A DNA stretch of 64,000 nt, taken from positions 1,472,420 to 1,536,419 of the forward strand of contig JAXLQV010000003.1 in assembly GCA_046331465.1 (NCBI GenBank), written 5' to 3'. The position numbers and the translations under genes are program-made. Under the pieces are notes generated by a model. That model was not told the DNA's origin. It searched no databases and saw nothing but the letters and a program-made list of their open reading frames with translations. How positions within the stretch are numbered: position 1 is the stretch's first letter; each line of letters starts with the position of its first letter. This stretch comes from Thermoanaerobaculia bacterium (GTDB lineage Bacteria > Acidobacteriota > Thermoanaerobaculia > UBA5066). Shown here piece by piece: positions 39,948 to 49,840 of the stretch.

Positions 39948-41225
39948 GTGACCGAAGTCTCGCAGACCCACGACAAGTCGACGAGCCTCGAGGGGCAGCT
40001 CGAGGACTTCCCGCTCACGGACATCCTCCAGGTCCTCCAGGTTGCCGGCAAGAGCGGAGCCCTGTTCCTCACGCGGGCGGACGGCGTGACCGGGATCGTC
40101 GTCTTCCGGAACGGACAGATCGTCCAGGCCCTCGCCAGCGACGCTCACGAGACCCTCGGCGACCGCCTCGTCAACAAGGGCAAGATCACGGCCGTCCAGG
40201 TGAACGAGGCGCTCGGCTACCGTGCCCGCTACCCCGGTATGCGCCTCGGCGACGCCCTGGTCGAGCTCGGCGTCACGCCGCGCCGGACCGTCGAGGACGA
40301 GGTCAAGGAACAGATGACGGAGGCGATCGAGCGGATGATGACCTGGGGCGACGCCCAGTTCGTCTTCCGGATCGGTCTCGTCTCCATGATGCGCGGGATG
40401 CCCGACTTCACGGTCGACCTCGTCCTCGACGAGGGGGTCGAGCCGCGCCACATCCTGCTCGAGGCGAGCCTTCTCCAGGACAAGCGCAACCGCGAGCTGG
40501 ACCGGATCCGCCGAAAGCTCGACGAGGGTGCCGCGGCTTCGCCGGCAGCGCCCCTCCCGGCGCCGGCGCGCCCTGAGGTGGTCCCCGCGCCGCGCCCGGC
40601 GGAGAAGAAGAAGGCGGAGTCGTCCCCGGCCGCCGACGAGGAGGCGGGACAGTCGATCCGCTGGTTCGACCCGGCGACGCCTCCGGGACCCGACCCCGAG
40701 GAGGCCGACAAGCTGCGGTCGGCCGTCAGCTTCCTCTCCCTCACGGAAGAGCTCTTCGCGGCGCAGGGGCGCGGCGAGATGGGGCTCCTCCTCCTCCGCT
40801 ACGCGAGCGAGCTCTACTCCGACGGGGGGCTCGTCGTCCGCGACAAGGAGACGTTCCGCCTCCTCGGCCAGTTCGGCCGGGGCATCGGGTGCTTCCAGCC
40901 GCGCGACCCGACACCGAAGACCTCCTGGACGACCGGGGAAAGCCCGCTCTTCGACCTGATCGTCAAGGACGGCCGGGCCTACAACGGCTTCGTGACGCCG
41001 ACGTCCCAGGGCGGGCTCGCGCCCGACCCGACGAACGGACCGGAGGCGCTCCCGGTCCTCGCGGTTCCCCTCCTCGTCCTCGGCAACGTCTCCCTGATCC
41101 TCGTCTGCCAGACGCCGTTCGAGAGGGAGTCCGAGGCGCGTGCCCTGATCGTCCTGGCGCGGCAGGTCGCCGTGACCCTCGAGAACCTCACGCTGAGGGA
41201 GGTCGCGCGGAGGATGCTCGCCTAG
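39948..41225 (+). CDS. DUF4388 (PATAN-like) domain protein
   Basis: N-terminal GQLEDFPLTDILQVLQVAGKSGALFL DUF4388 hallmark; Ala/Pro-rich linker; unknown C-terminal domain. Confidence 0.6.
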   Translation: MTEVSQTHDKSTSLEGQLEDFPLTDILQVLQVAGKSGALFLTRADGVTGIVVFRNGQIVQALASDAHETLGDRLVNKGKITAVQVNEALGYRARYPGMRLGDALVELGVTPRRTVEDEVKEQMTEAIERMMTWGDAQFVFRIGLVSMMRGMPDFTVDLVLDEGVEPRHILLEASLLQDKRNRELDRIRRKLDEGAAASPAAPLPAPARPEVVPAPRPAEKKKAESSPAADEEAGQSIRWFDPATPPGPDPEEADKLRSAVSFLSLTEELFAAQGRGEMGLLLLRYASELYSDGGLVVRDKETFRLLGQFGRGIGCFQPRDPTPKTSWTTGESPLFDLIVKDGRAYNGFVTPTSQGGLAPDPTNGPEALPVLAVPLLVLGNVSLILVCQTPFERESEARALIVLARQVAVTLENLTLREVARRMLA

Positions 41226-41270
41226 GAGGACGCGTCGCGCCGCGCGCGCAGCGCCGCGCGGGGAGCGGCT

Positions 41271-41774
41271 TCAGCCCTCGGGGCCGGAGAGGAAGTCGGC
41301 GACGATCTTCGCGACCGAGGTGGAGTTCCACTCGGCCTCGGCCATCTTCACGACCACGTCCACCGTCGACCCGCCGGCTCGCTCCGCGAGGAGCGTGGCA
41401 GTCGCCTTGAAGCGGAACCTCTCGCGGCCGCCCGTGTCGAGGCAGGAGACGTTCAGCGCGACGTAGTGAGGCTCCCGGTCGCTGTTCGTGTAGTGGAACG
41501 ACCAGGTCGTCGTGACGATTCCGGGCCCGGCCGAGCGGTCGGCGACCTGCTTGACCTCGAGCGCCGTGAGCGCGGCGTTCCAGTCGCGGCCGGCGTACGA
41601 CGCGTCCTCGAGGGCGACGCGCCCCCCTTTCGCGATCCGGGTGCGGATCGATGCGCGCGTCCAGACGGTCGCGAGGAGGGGCGCCGCCAGGAGGAGCGCG
41701 AGGAGGGCCGCGGCGGCGCGCGTCGCGAGCCTTCCTCCCGCGATGCCGGCGGGGTTCGGTCGGAGGACCTTCAC
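41271..41774 (-). CDS. Hypothetical exported/membrane-anchored protein
   Basis: Signal/anchor AAAALLALLLAAPLLA; no recognised domain. Confidence 0.4.
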   Translation of the reverse strand: MKVLRPNPAGIAGGRLATRAAAALLALLLAAPLLATVWTRASIRTRIAKGGRVALEDASYAGRDWNAALTALEVKQVADRSAGPGIVTTTWSFHYTNSDREPHYVALNVSCLDTGGRERFRFKATATLLAERAGGSTVDVVVKMAEAEWNSTSVAKIVADFLSGPEG

Positions 41775-41803
41775 GGCGGCGGACTATAGCCCAGGGGCGC
41801 CCC

Positions 41804-42505
41804 TCAGCGTGCGCCGGCGCGCCTGAGCATGGCGTCGAGGACCGCCTTCGAGACGCCCTGCTTCTTCAGCTTCACGAGGGCGTCCGAGGAGACGTCGAGC
41901 GCCTCCCGGGGGGCCTGCTGGATCTTCGCGACCACGAGGTCGTCTCCGAGATCCGCCTTCACCATCGCCACGACGTCGGCGTTCGTGAGGGCCTTCTCGC
42001 CCTGGCCGCCCGGGGGCGGAGCGCCCTGCGCGGCGCCGGGGCCCTTCTCGGGCGGCGCCTCCCGTCCCGCGGGGGGAAGCGACGAGCGGGCCCGGCTCAT
42101 CCCCTCCTTGAAGCAGGGGTTCCACTCGGCCCGCTTGAAGGAGGCCTTCACCGGGATGCACTCGTCGTCGCAGCAGTCGTAGACGAACGTCGCGAGGTCG
42201 GCCGGGTCCATCCAGGCATCCGCCATCAGGGCGGAGTCGGGCTTCGGGTAGAGGACGCGGACGCGGCCGTTCTCCTCGAAGAACTCGTAGACCGTCGCGA
42301 GAAACTCCTTGTGGAAGCCGGCCACGGCGTCGCCCCGCCGGAACGTCCGCTTCACGGCGGTGCCCGACCCGTCCTCGTAGCCCGGCGCTCCGTCGCGGAT
42401 CACGAGCGCCCCCTCGCCCTTCCGCTGGCCGCCCGGCTGGGCGAGCGCGAAGCCGCTGGCCAGGACAAGCGCGACCAGGAAGAGCCTTCCGAGCCCGAGC
42501 CTCAT
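41804..42505 (-). CDS. Hypothetical secreted protein (Cys-containing, Gly/Pro-rich linker)
   Basis: Signal peptide LFLVALVLASGFALAQP; CCDDEC motif; no recognised domain. Confidence 0.45.
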   Translation of the reverse strand: MRLGLGRLFLVALVLASGFALAQPGGQRKGEGALVIRDGAPGYEDGSGTAVKRTFRRGDAVAGFHKEFLATVYEFFEENGRVRVLYPKPDSALMADAWMDPADLATFVYDCCDDECIPVKASFKRAEWNPCFKEGMSRARSSLPPAGREAPPEKGPGAAQGAPPPGGQGEKALTNADVVAMVKADLGDDLVVAKIQQAPREALDVSSDALVKLKKQGVSKAVLDAMLRRAGAR

Positions 42506-42548
42506 GAGGACCTCCTTCGAACGCGCTCCCGACGAGTCCCGTGCGCCC

Positions 42549-44573
42549 TCAGGCGGGCGGGGGAGGCGCGGCGGGGGGAGCGCCCACCCCGCGGCCGAGG
42601 ACCTTCACGACGACGACCGTCCGGTCGTCTTCCGGGTCGTCCCCCCCCGTGTGGGCCCGCCACGCGGCGAGGACCGCCTCGAGGACGTCGCGGGCGCCCC
42701 TCCCGCCGCAGGCGGCGAGCGTCCGTTCGAGCCTTTCGAACCCGAGCGCCTCGCTCCCGTCGGGCGACATCGCCTCGACGACGCCGTCGGAGAGGAAGAC
42801 CCAGACCTCGCCGTCGACGAGGGGAACGGTCACCGTGACGCGGTCGACGGGGCGCCCCGCGCCGAGCGGCTTTGCGGGGTTCTCGACCGACGTCACCGTG
42901 CCTCCGGGAGCGACGCGATAGGGGTAGAGGTGCCCCGCGTTCGTGAACTCGGCCGTCCGCGCCTCGAGGTCGAACCTCACGTGCGCGAGCGTGACGAAGG
43001 CGCGCCGCTCCGTCGTCCGCCGCACCTCGTCGTCGAGGTGCGCGAGGAGCGTCGGCGTGTCGGTCCCTCCGCGCGCGAGGGCCGAGAGGCTCGCGAGGGC
43101 CGAGGCCATGACGATCCCGGCCGGCAGGCCGTGGCCGGCGACGTCGGCGATGACGACCGTCAGCCGCGTCTCCCCCTCGCCGAGGAAGTGGTAGAAATCG
43201 CCGCCGATCGCCGCGGCGGGGCGGAAGTCGGCGGCGAGCTCGACGCCGGGGAAGCCGAAGTCGGGGGCGGGGAGGAGGCGCCGCTGGAGGTCGCGGGCGA
43301 TCGCGAGCTCCCTCCCGAGCGCCTCGGCCTCGGCGCGGGCGGCCATGCTCGTCTCGAGGTGCCCCGCCATCTCGTTGAAGCTGTTGATCAGCCCCGCGAG
43401 CTGGTCGTGCCCGCGGAGCTTCAGTCGGACCGAGAAGCTGCCCTTCTCGATCTCGGCGAAGCCGTGCGAGAGGCGGCGGGCGGCGCGGGCGATCCGGAAG
43501 ACGAGGACCGATGCGACGAGGAGGGCGAGGAGGTAGACGAGCCCGGTGGAGATGCCGAGGGCCTTCAGGACGGCGAGTGCGATCGAGCCCGCCCCCTGGC
43601 CGGAGCCGGAGAGCTGCGCGTCGCCGAACAGCCTCCGGAACTCCGCCGTGAGCGACGTCCGCACGAGGAGGGCCGCCCCCTCGTCCTTCACGGCTGCCCC
43701 GGTCGTCGCGTCGAGGACGGGGAGATCGAGCGGGAGGAACCAGACGACCCACCCGTCGTCGCCGGGGCCGGGCTGCCGCCCGGCCCCGGCCTTCGACTCC
43801 TCCCGGTTGAGGGACGAGACGCGGGTCCGCTTCCCGGGGGACTCGATCGTGAGGCCGCCCTTCGCCCCTTCCGCTTTCGAGGCCCTCGCATCCGCGGTCG
43901 CCTCGGTCTTCCCGACGCCGAACCGCACGTTCAGCCCTGCCTCGGACGAGAGCTCGTCCTCGAGCGTGGTGTCGGCGCTGCGGTAGAGAAAGAGGACGCC
44001 CGCCTTCGTCTGCCGCTCCACGAGGAGGAATGTCTTCTCCCCGGACCGGACGAAAGCGCGAAGGCCCCTCTCGGGTACGACGATCTTCCCGAGGTCCGTC
44101 CCGAGCGGGCCGTCCCCTTCGGTCGCGCCTGCCCGCGGGAGAAGGGCCCAGCCGTCGAACGCGCCGCTGCCCGTCTCCATCTCGGGCCGCCGCACACGAT
44201 CTCGTCCCGCGAACTCCGACGCCTTCGCCTCGAGCGCCTCGAGCCGCGCGAGGAGGCGGGTCTCGGCGCGGCGCGCCCCGACCTGGCCGGCAAGGATGAA
44301 GAGCGCCGCGAGGGCGAGGCCGGCGACGAGGAGGAGCGGCAGGACGCCGATGAGGAGGTACGAGACGAAGAGCCGGCTCCCGACCCGCCAGAGGAGGCCG
44401 CGCAGGAGGTGGCGGAGGGCGCTCACCCCGAAGACCGGGGTCGCGAGGACGATCGCGAGGACGCCGATCACCTTCACGAATTCGGCGAGCCCCTCCTCCC
44501 CGCCCAGGTTCGCGAGGAGGATCCCGGCGAGGAGCACGAGGCCCGAGACCTTGAACGTGCGGGTGAGGGTCAA
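42549..44573 (-). CDS. Membrane-bound HAMP-PP2C (SpoIIE/RsbU-like) serine phosphatase
   Basis: Multiple TM helices, HAMP, PP2C motifs GGDFYHF...VIADVAGHGLPAG...FLSDGVVEA. Confidence 0.75.
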   Translation of the reverse strand: MTLTRTFKVSGLVLLAGILLANLGGEEGLAEFVKVIGVLAIVLATPVFGVSALRHLLRGLLWRVGSRLFVSYLLIGVLPLLLVAGLALAALFILAGQVGARRAETRLLARLEALEAKASEFAGRDRVRRPEMETGSGAFDGWALLPRAGATEGDGPLGTDLGKIVVPERGLRAFVRSGEKTFLLVERQTKAGVLFLYRSADTTLEDELSSEAGLNVRFGVGKTEATADARASKAEGAKGGLTIESPGKRTRVSSLNREESKAGAGRQPGPGDDGWVVWFLPLDLPVLDATTGAAVKDEGAALLVRTSLTAEFRRLFGDAQLSGSGQGAGSIALAVLKALGISTGLVYLLALLVASVLVFRIARAARRLSHGFAEIEKGSFSVRLKLRGHDQLAGLINSFNEMAGHLETSMAARAEAEALGRELAIARDLQRRLLPAPDFGFPGVELAADFRPAAAIGGDFYHFLGEGETRLTVVIADVAGHGLPAGIVMASALASLSALARGGTDTPTLLAHLDDEVRRTTERRAFVTLAHVRFDLEARTAEFTNAGHLYPYRVAPGGTVTSVENPAKPLGAGRPVDRVTVTVPLVDGEVWVFLSDGVVEAMSPDGSEALGFERLERTLAACGGRGARDVLEAVLAAWRAHTGGDDPEDDRTVVVVKVLGRGVGAPPAAPPPPA

Positions 44574-44676
44574 AGGCGTTCTCCCGCGGCCCGGGGCCGC
44601 CCGGTCCGAGATCCCGCGAGATTACATCCGCCGGGGCGTCGCGTGTCCCGCCTAAGATGGCGGCAAGAGCGGTGGA

Positions 44677-46128
44677 ATGAGCCCGACCGAGATCCTCGCC
44701 CTCGCCGTCCTGGCTCTCGACGTGGCGGCGCTCGCCCACGCGGTGACGCGCCACCTCGGCGTCGCGTCGACGCTCGCCTGGATCTTCTTCATCCTCTTCC
44801 TCCCGGGCGTCGGGGCGGCCGCCTACTTCCTCCTCGCGAGCCCGCGCATCCGGACGACGCGCCGGAGGCGGCGCCTCGCCGGGGAGGCCGTCCGGGCGGC
44901 GATCCGCCGGAGCCTCGGGCGCGAGCCGCTCCCGGAGGAGGTCGAGCACGCGTCGCCGCTCGCGCGCAGCGTCCTCTTCCTCGGGACGCGCCTCACGGGG
45001 CTCCCGCCGCGGGCGGGGAACCGCGTCGAGCTCCTCCTCGACAACGAGCGCGCGTTCGGCGCGAAGGCGGACGCGATCCGGGGCGCGGAGCGCTCCGTCT
45101 GGGCCGAGTACTACCTCGTCGAGGACGACGCGACGGGGAGGAGCTTCCTCTCCGACCTCGCCGGGCGCGCCCGCGCCGGCTGCGACGTGAGGCTCCTGTA
45201 CGACGCCGTCGGCTCCTCCGGCCGCCCCGAGGAGGAGCTCGCGACGCTCCGGGCGGCGGGCGGGAAGGCCGAGGCGTTCCTCCCCGTCAACCCGCTCCGC
45301 AAGCGCTGGTCGGCCCACCTCCGGAACCACCGGAAGCTCCTCGTCGTCGACGAGCGGATCGGCTTCACCGGCGGCATGAACATCGGCGACGAGTACGCGC
45401 GCGGACGCGCGTCCGCGCCCGGGTCGGCGAAGGCGGGACGGAACCGCCCCTGGCACGACGCGCACCTCCGGGTCGAGGGGCCCGCCGTCTTCGACCTCGC
45501 CACCGTCTTCGCCGAGGACTGGACGTTCGCCTCCGGAGAGCGCCTCGTCCCGACGAGCATCCCGCTCCCGGCGGCGGGAGGCTCGGTCGTCGCGGTCCTC
45601 CCGAGCGGCCCGGACCAGGCCGCGAACGCGAACGCGCACACCTACTTCGCCGCCCTCTCGGGCGCCCTCGAGCGCTGCTGGCTCACGACCCCCTACTTCG
45701 TCCCCGACGAGCCGACGGTGGCGGCGCTCTGCAACGCCGCCTTCCGGGGGATCGACGTGAGGGTCCTCGTCCCGGCCGAGAGCGACGTCCCCCTCGCGCA
45801 GGCGGCGGGGCGCTTCTTCTACGGGACGCTCCTCCGCTCCGGCGTGAGGATCTTCGAGTACCAGCCCGCGGTCCTCCACGCCAAGACCGTCGTCGTCGAC
45901 GGCTCCTGGGCGCTCGTCGGCTCGGCGAACCTCGACTTCCGGAGCTTCACGCTGAACTTCGAGCTGGGGGCCCTCGTCTTCGACCGTGGCTTCGCCGCGC
46001 TCCTCGAGAGGCGTTTCGCGCAGGACCTCGTCGAGAGCCGCGAGGTGACGCTTCCGCCCGTCGAGCGGCGCGGCTTCGCCCTCCGCGCCCGGCTCGGCCT
46101 CGCGCGCCTCCTCTCTCCGCTCCTCTGA
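44677..46128 (+). CDS. cls: Cardiolipin synthase (PLD superfamily, two HKD motifs)
   Basis: N-terminal TM pair; HRKLLVVD and HAKTVVVDGSWALVGSANLD. Confidence 0.85.
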   Translation: MSPTEILALAVLALDVAALAHAVTRHLGVASTLAWIFFILFLPGVGAAAYFLLASPRIRTTRRRRRLAGEAVRAAIRRSLGREPLPEEVEHASPLARSVLFLGTRLTGLPPRAGNRVELLLDNERAFGAKADAIRGAERSVWAEYYLVEDDATGRSFLSDLAGRARAGCDVRLLYDAVGSSGRPEEELATLRAAGGKAEAFLPVNPLRKRWSAHLRNHRKLLVVDERIGFTGGMNIGDEYARGRASAPGSAKAGRNRPWHDAHLRVEGPAVFDLATVFAEDWTFASGERLVPTSIPLPAAGGSVVAVLPSGPDQAANANAHTYFAALSGALERCWLTTPYFVPDEPTVAALCNAAFRGIDVRVLVPAESDVPLAQAAGRFFYGTLLRSGVRIFEYQPAVLHAKTVVVDGSWALVGSANLDFRSFTLNFELGALVFDRGFAALLERRFAQDLVESREVTLPPVERRGFALRARLGLARLLSPLL

Positions 46129-46140
46129 GGTGACCTGCCG

Positions 46141-47970
46141 ATGAGCCCCCGCTCCGCCCCTCTCCTCGACCGCCTCGACTCCTCCCGCCGCACCCGTCCC
46201 GGCGCCGCTGCCGCGGAGGCCGCGCTCGCCGAAGCCGCCGCCTTCGAGCCACGCGACGCGGAGGAGCTCGCGCGATTCCACGACGCCGCGCTCTTCCTCC
46301 GCGCCTACCCCCACTCGCGCCGCGTCCTCGACCTCGCCGACGAGGCCCTGGCGCGGGTGCCCGGGCTCGTCGCGCGCCTCGACGACCTCGCCCCGCTCGA
46401 CGACGGGTCCGTCTCCGGGATCGCCGGAGTGCCGATCGCGATGCCCTTCTCGTGGGCGGCGGCTTCCTGGCTCGCGGGGCGCGACCCCTCGGCGCTCCGC
46501 GTCGACTGGGACGCCGAGGACCTCCCGGACCGCCTCGCGGCCTTCCTCCCGCGCTTCGTCCCGGGGCTCGAGGAGCAGGCCCGCGTCGACGCGAACGTCC
46601 CCTTCCGGGCCTACGTCGACGCGGCCCGCGGCGAGACTCCCGACGCCGCGTGGCTCGTCCGCAGCCTCGAGGCGCTCCCGTACCCGGGGCCCGTCCGGGC
46701 GGAGCTCTGGGAAGCGCTCGGCCTCCAGCTCTCCTGGCAGCCGCGCGTCGAGGACTCCCGCGGCCTCGCACGCTTCCCGTCGCCCGGGCCCTTCTGCTCC
46801 GACGACCCGCTCCTGTCGCGGCGCGACGTCTCCGTCGCCGCGGAGCTGGCCGCTCCGCCTCCGCGCCCGCTGCGGCTCTCGCGCCGCGACGGCGCGGCCG
46901 TCCTCGACGCGGCCCGGGCGGCGATGGCCGTCCGCTACCGCGAGCTCCCCGCCTTCTCGGCCGGCGACCCCTCCGCGGTCCTCCGCTACGACGTCGGCCG
47001 CGGTACCGCGATCCTCGTCACCGGCCTCGCGCGCGAGGCGCGCCTCCCGCTCCGCGCGGGCTTCGGCACGCTCTTCGTCCGCAACGGGGTCCTCGTCGGC
47101 TACGGCGACCTCCACGCCGCCCTCGGCCGCGCCGACGTCAGCCTCAACGTCTTCTACGCCTTCCGCGACGGCGAGTCGGCCTGGCTCTACGCGCGTCTCC
47201 TCGCCGTGGCCCGCGCCGTCACCGGCGCCGCGCAGCTCTCCGTCGACCCCTACCAGGTCGGCCACGGCAACGAGGAGGCGATCGCCTCCGGGGCCTTCTG
47301 GTTCTACCGCAAGCTCGGTTTCCGCTCCGCCGACGCGGCGCTCGAGAAGGTCGCCCGCCGCGAGGAGGCGCGCCTGGCGCGCGCCGGCGGCCGCACGTCC
47401 CCCGCGCTCCTCCGCCGTCTCGCCGCCGCCCCGCTCCTCTACGACGTTCCCGGCGGGCGCCGTCCCCTTCCCGACGCGTTCCACCTCCGCGACGTCGCTC
47501 TCGCCGCCGCGCGCCGCCTGGCCGCCTCCGGCCTCGCGCCGGACGCCTTCCGCGTCCGCGAGACCCGAAGGCTCGCCCGGCTCCTGGGCCTCGGCGCGGC
47601 CGAGCGCGACGCGCTCGGGGGCCTCGCGCCGTTCCTCTCGCTCCTCGAGGACCTCGACACGTGGCCGGCGGCCGACAGGAACGCCCTCGCGAGCCTCGTC
47701 CGGGCCAAGTCCGGCCGGGACGAGCTCCGCTACGCCCGTCTCGCCGGGTCGCTCCCGCGCCTCGGGGAGGCGCTCGTCGCCGCCGTCGCGCGGGAGCGCC
47801 AGGCGGCGGCGCTCACGGCGCCTTCGCGGGCTCGGCGGGCTGCGGCGACTCGAGCGCCTGGTCGAGGATCGAGGGGACCTTCGAGAGCTCCTCGGGCTTC
47901 TTCCGGCCACCCTTCGCCGCCGCGGACTTCGTCGTGTCGGCCTGCTGCCGCGCGAGGTCGTCGGAGGTGA
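46141..47970 (+). CDS. Hypothetical protein (609 aa, Ala/Arg/Leu-rich, no recognised domain); 3' end uncertain
   Basis: Long ORF 12 nt after cls; C-terminal ~50 aa low-complexity and overlapping convergent secretin gene by ~157 nt. Confidence 0.4.
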   Translation: MSPRSAPLLDRLDSSRRTRPGAAAAEAALAEAAAFEPRDAEELARFHDAALFLRAYPHSRRVLDLADEALARVPGLVARLDDLAPLDDGSVSGIAGVPIAMPFSWAAASWLAGRDPSALRVDWDAEDLPDRLAAFLPRFVPGLEEQARVDANVPFRAYVDAARGETPDAAWLVRSLEALPYPGPVRAELWEALGLQLSWQPRVEDSRGLARFPSPGPFCSDDPLLSRRDVSVAAELAAPPPRPLRLSRRDGAAVLDAARAAMAVRYRELPAFSAGDPSAVLRYDVGRGTAILVTGLAREARLPLRAGFGTLFVRNGVLVGYGDLHAALGRADVSLNVFYAFRDGESAWLYARLLAVARAVTGAAQLSVDPYQVGHGNEEAIASGAFWFYRKLGFRSADAALEKVARREEARLARAGGRTSPALLRRLAAAPLLYDVPGGRRPLPDAFHLRDVALAAARRLAASGLAPDAFRVRETRRLARLLGLGAAERDALGGLAPFLSLLEDLDTWPAADRNALASLVRAKSGRDELRYARLAGSLPRLGEALVAAVARERQAAALTAPSRARRAAATRAPGRGSRGPSRAPRASSGHPSPPRTSSCRPAAARGRRR

Positions 47971-49840
47971 GGTCGTCGGGGAGGACGCTGACCGCGAGCG
48001 TGAGGAGCGCGTAGTTGCGGCTCCTCGTGGTGGACTTCTGCGAGAAGAGGTACTTGATGAGCGGGATCGAGGAGAGCCACGGCACGCCGGAGCGCGACTC
48101 GATGTCGCTGTCGGAGACGAACGACCCGACGAGGTAGGTCCGTCCGTCCGCCGGGAAGACGCGCGTCGTCTTGAAGCTCTTGTCGCTGTACTGCGGGGCG
48201 GTCACGTTCGCGGTCCGCTTCTCCCCGGAGATCAGCGAGACCTTGACCGTGATGTCGAGGCGCACGCGCCCTGCGGCGCCCGCCTCCTGGGAGAAGTCGA
48301 GGACGACCGGGGTCACCGCGATGTTCGTCTCGAGGTCCCGGTACTCGGTCTGGACGTTGCCGTACGTGTCGAGGCTGAAGACCGGCTCGTGCTGGACGTC
48401 GGAGATGTCGGCCTTCACCCCGTTCGGCGTGAAGACCTGGCTCGCGACGAGCGCCTTGCCGCTGCCGAGGCTCTCGTCGGCGACGATGATGTTGTTGGCG
48501 CCCGACTGGTTGACGTTCAGGCTGAACTCGGTCGCCCAGCCCGTCGTGGCTTCCTTCGTCAGGGCGCCGCTGTAGGTGACGCTGCTGGGGAAGAGGTTGA
48601 TGCCGAGGTCGCGGATCTCCGAGTCGGAGAACTGCGTCAGCCGCGCGGAGATGGCGACGAGGTGCTTTCGCCCGGTGGGGAGGAACATCTCCTTCGCGGT
48701 GGCGACGAACGTGGAGACCGCTTCGGGCTCGCCCGAGACGAGGATCTGCGGCAGGAGCCCCACCGGCTGGTAGAGGGAGACGACGAGGCCGCGCGACTCG
48801 AGCCGGTTCGACTGGATCAGCTCCTTGGTCGCGTCGACGTTGTCGGGGTCGATCGGGAGGAGCGCCAGGCGGCCGTCGTGGCTGACCCGGACGCGGCCGA
48901 TGTCGGAGGGGTTCGAGGAGGCGGGTCCCTCCGGGCGCTGCACCCGGTGCCAGAGCTCGTCGAGGAACCCCCGCGCGTCGGCGTGGAAGCGCCGTCCGGC
49001 GATGGCGGGCCGGCCTTCCCGGCACCCCCACGCCCAGACCGTCGTCCAGCCGGTGAGGGCGGCCGGGACGGTCTCGGCAGAGGGGTTCGCGGTGCAGTAG
49101 AGCGTCGCCGCGACGGCGGGGACCTCGGAGTCGTCGGCCTTCTCGAGGCACGGCGAGTCCGCCCCGGGGAGGCACGCGACGACCTCGCGGTCCCGGCACC
49201 GCCACACCGCCTGCCGGCGGAGCTCGGCCGGGGCGTCGGCGGCCAGGACGCCCTGCCGGACGAGAGCCGGCCCGACCGCCTCGGGGAGGGGTGGCCCGCC
49301 GTAGCGGGCGTCGGGCGCGTCGACGTCGCCGACGGCCGCGCAGTAGGCGAACGGATCGGCCTGCGCAGGAGGCGCGGACGCGGCCTTGCAGGTCCCGGCG
49401 AAGTACTCCGCCGCGTCGCACGTCGAACCCCCGGGCAGGGTGCAGGTCCCCGTCTCGTTCTCTCCGCCGGCCGCGCCGGTGACGTGGTACGTGCCGCCGG
49501 TCATCGCGCAGTAGCGGGCGGCGGGCGTGGCGAGCTTGAAGACGTCGACCCCCCGGCGCGGGCAGCTCCCGCGGAGAAGGGCCCACTCCTCGCACTGCCG
49601 GCCGTCCGCGAAACGGCAGACGCCGTACTCGCCGCCGTCACCGCGCTTCTGGACCTCGTGGACGCCGTCCAGCCGGATGCAGTTCTCGGAGGCCGGGTTC
49701 GCGCGCGTCTTCGCCGGCCCCGCGGCCTGCGCCGGAGGGAACGCCGCGAGGACGGCGGCGCCGACGGCGAGAAGCGCCACGCGTCTCCCGGCGCGCGGTT
49801 CGGCGAGGGCGTCACGCCCCGCCCGGGCTCCCGTCGTCAT
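47813..49840 (-). CDS. Secretin-family outer-membrane channel with two N-terminal DUF333 domains
   Basis: Signal peptide; NPASENC...CRFADGRQCEEWALLRGSC DUF333 pattern twice; C-terminal GVPWLSSIPLIKYLFSQKSTTRSRNYALLTLAVSVL secretin motif. Confidence 0.65.
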   Translation of the reverse strand: MTTGARAGRDALAEPRAGRRVALLAVGAAVLAAFPPAQAAGPAKTRANPASENCIRLDGVHEVQKRGDGGEYGVCRFADGRQCEEWALLRGSCPRRGVDVFKLATPAARYCAMTGGTYHVTGAAGGENETGTCTLPGGSTCDAAEYFAGTCKAASAPPAQADPFAYCAAVGDVDAPDARYGGPPLPEAVGPALVRQGVLAADAPAELRRQAVWRCRDREVVACLPGADSPCLEKADDSEVPAVAATLYCTANPSAETVPAALTGWTTVWAWGCREGRPAIAGRRFHADARGFLDELWHRVQRPEGPASSNPSDIGRVRVSHDGRLALLPIDPDNVDATKELIQSNRLESRGLVVSLYQPVGLLPQILVSGEPEAVSTFVATAKEMFLPTGRKHLVAISARLTQFSDSEIRDLGINLFPSSVTYSGALTKEATTGWATEFSLNVNQSGANNIIVADESLGSGKALVASQVFTPNGVKADISDVQHEPVFSLDTYGNVQTEYRDLETNIAVTPVVLDFSQEAGAAGRVRLDITVKVSLISGEKRTANVTAPQYSDKSFKTTRVFPADGRTYLVGSFVSDSDIESRSGVPWLSSIPLIKYLFSQKSTTRSRNYALLTLAVSVLPDDLTSDDLARQQADTTKSAAAKGGRKKPEELSKVPSILDQALESPQPAEPAKAP

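Noticed and set aside
42502-47910. 1802-aa minus-strand ORF, the 1209-aa plus-strand ORF 42504..46133, and similar giant ORFs (26738..29998, 9666..12740, 17087..19783, 1230..2864 and others)
   Set aside because: These are GC3-driven stop-free frames. Their translations are low-complexity (R/G/A/P/E), while alternative frames or strands carry recognisable proteins (PP2C phosphatase, cls, FtsI/MurE, FtsA/FtsZ, glucokinase).
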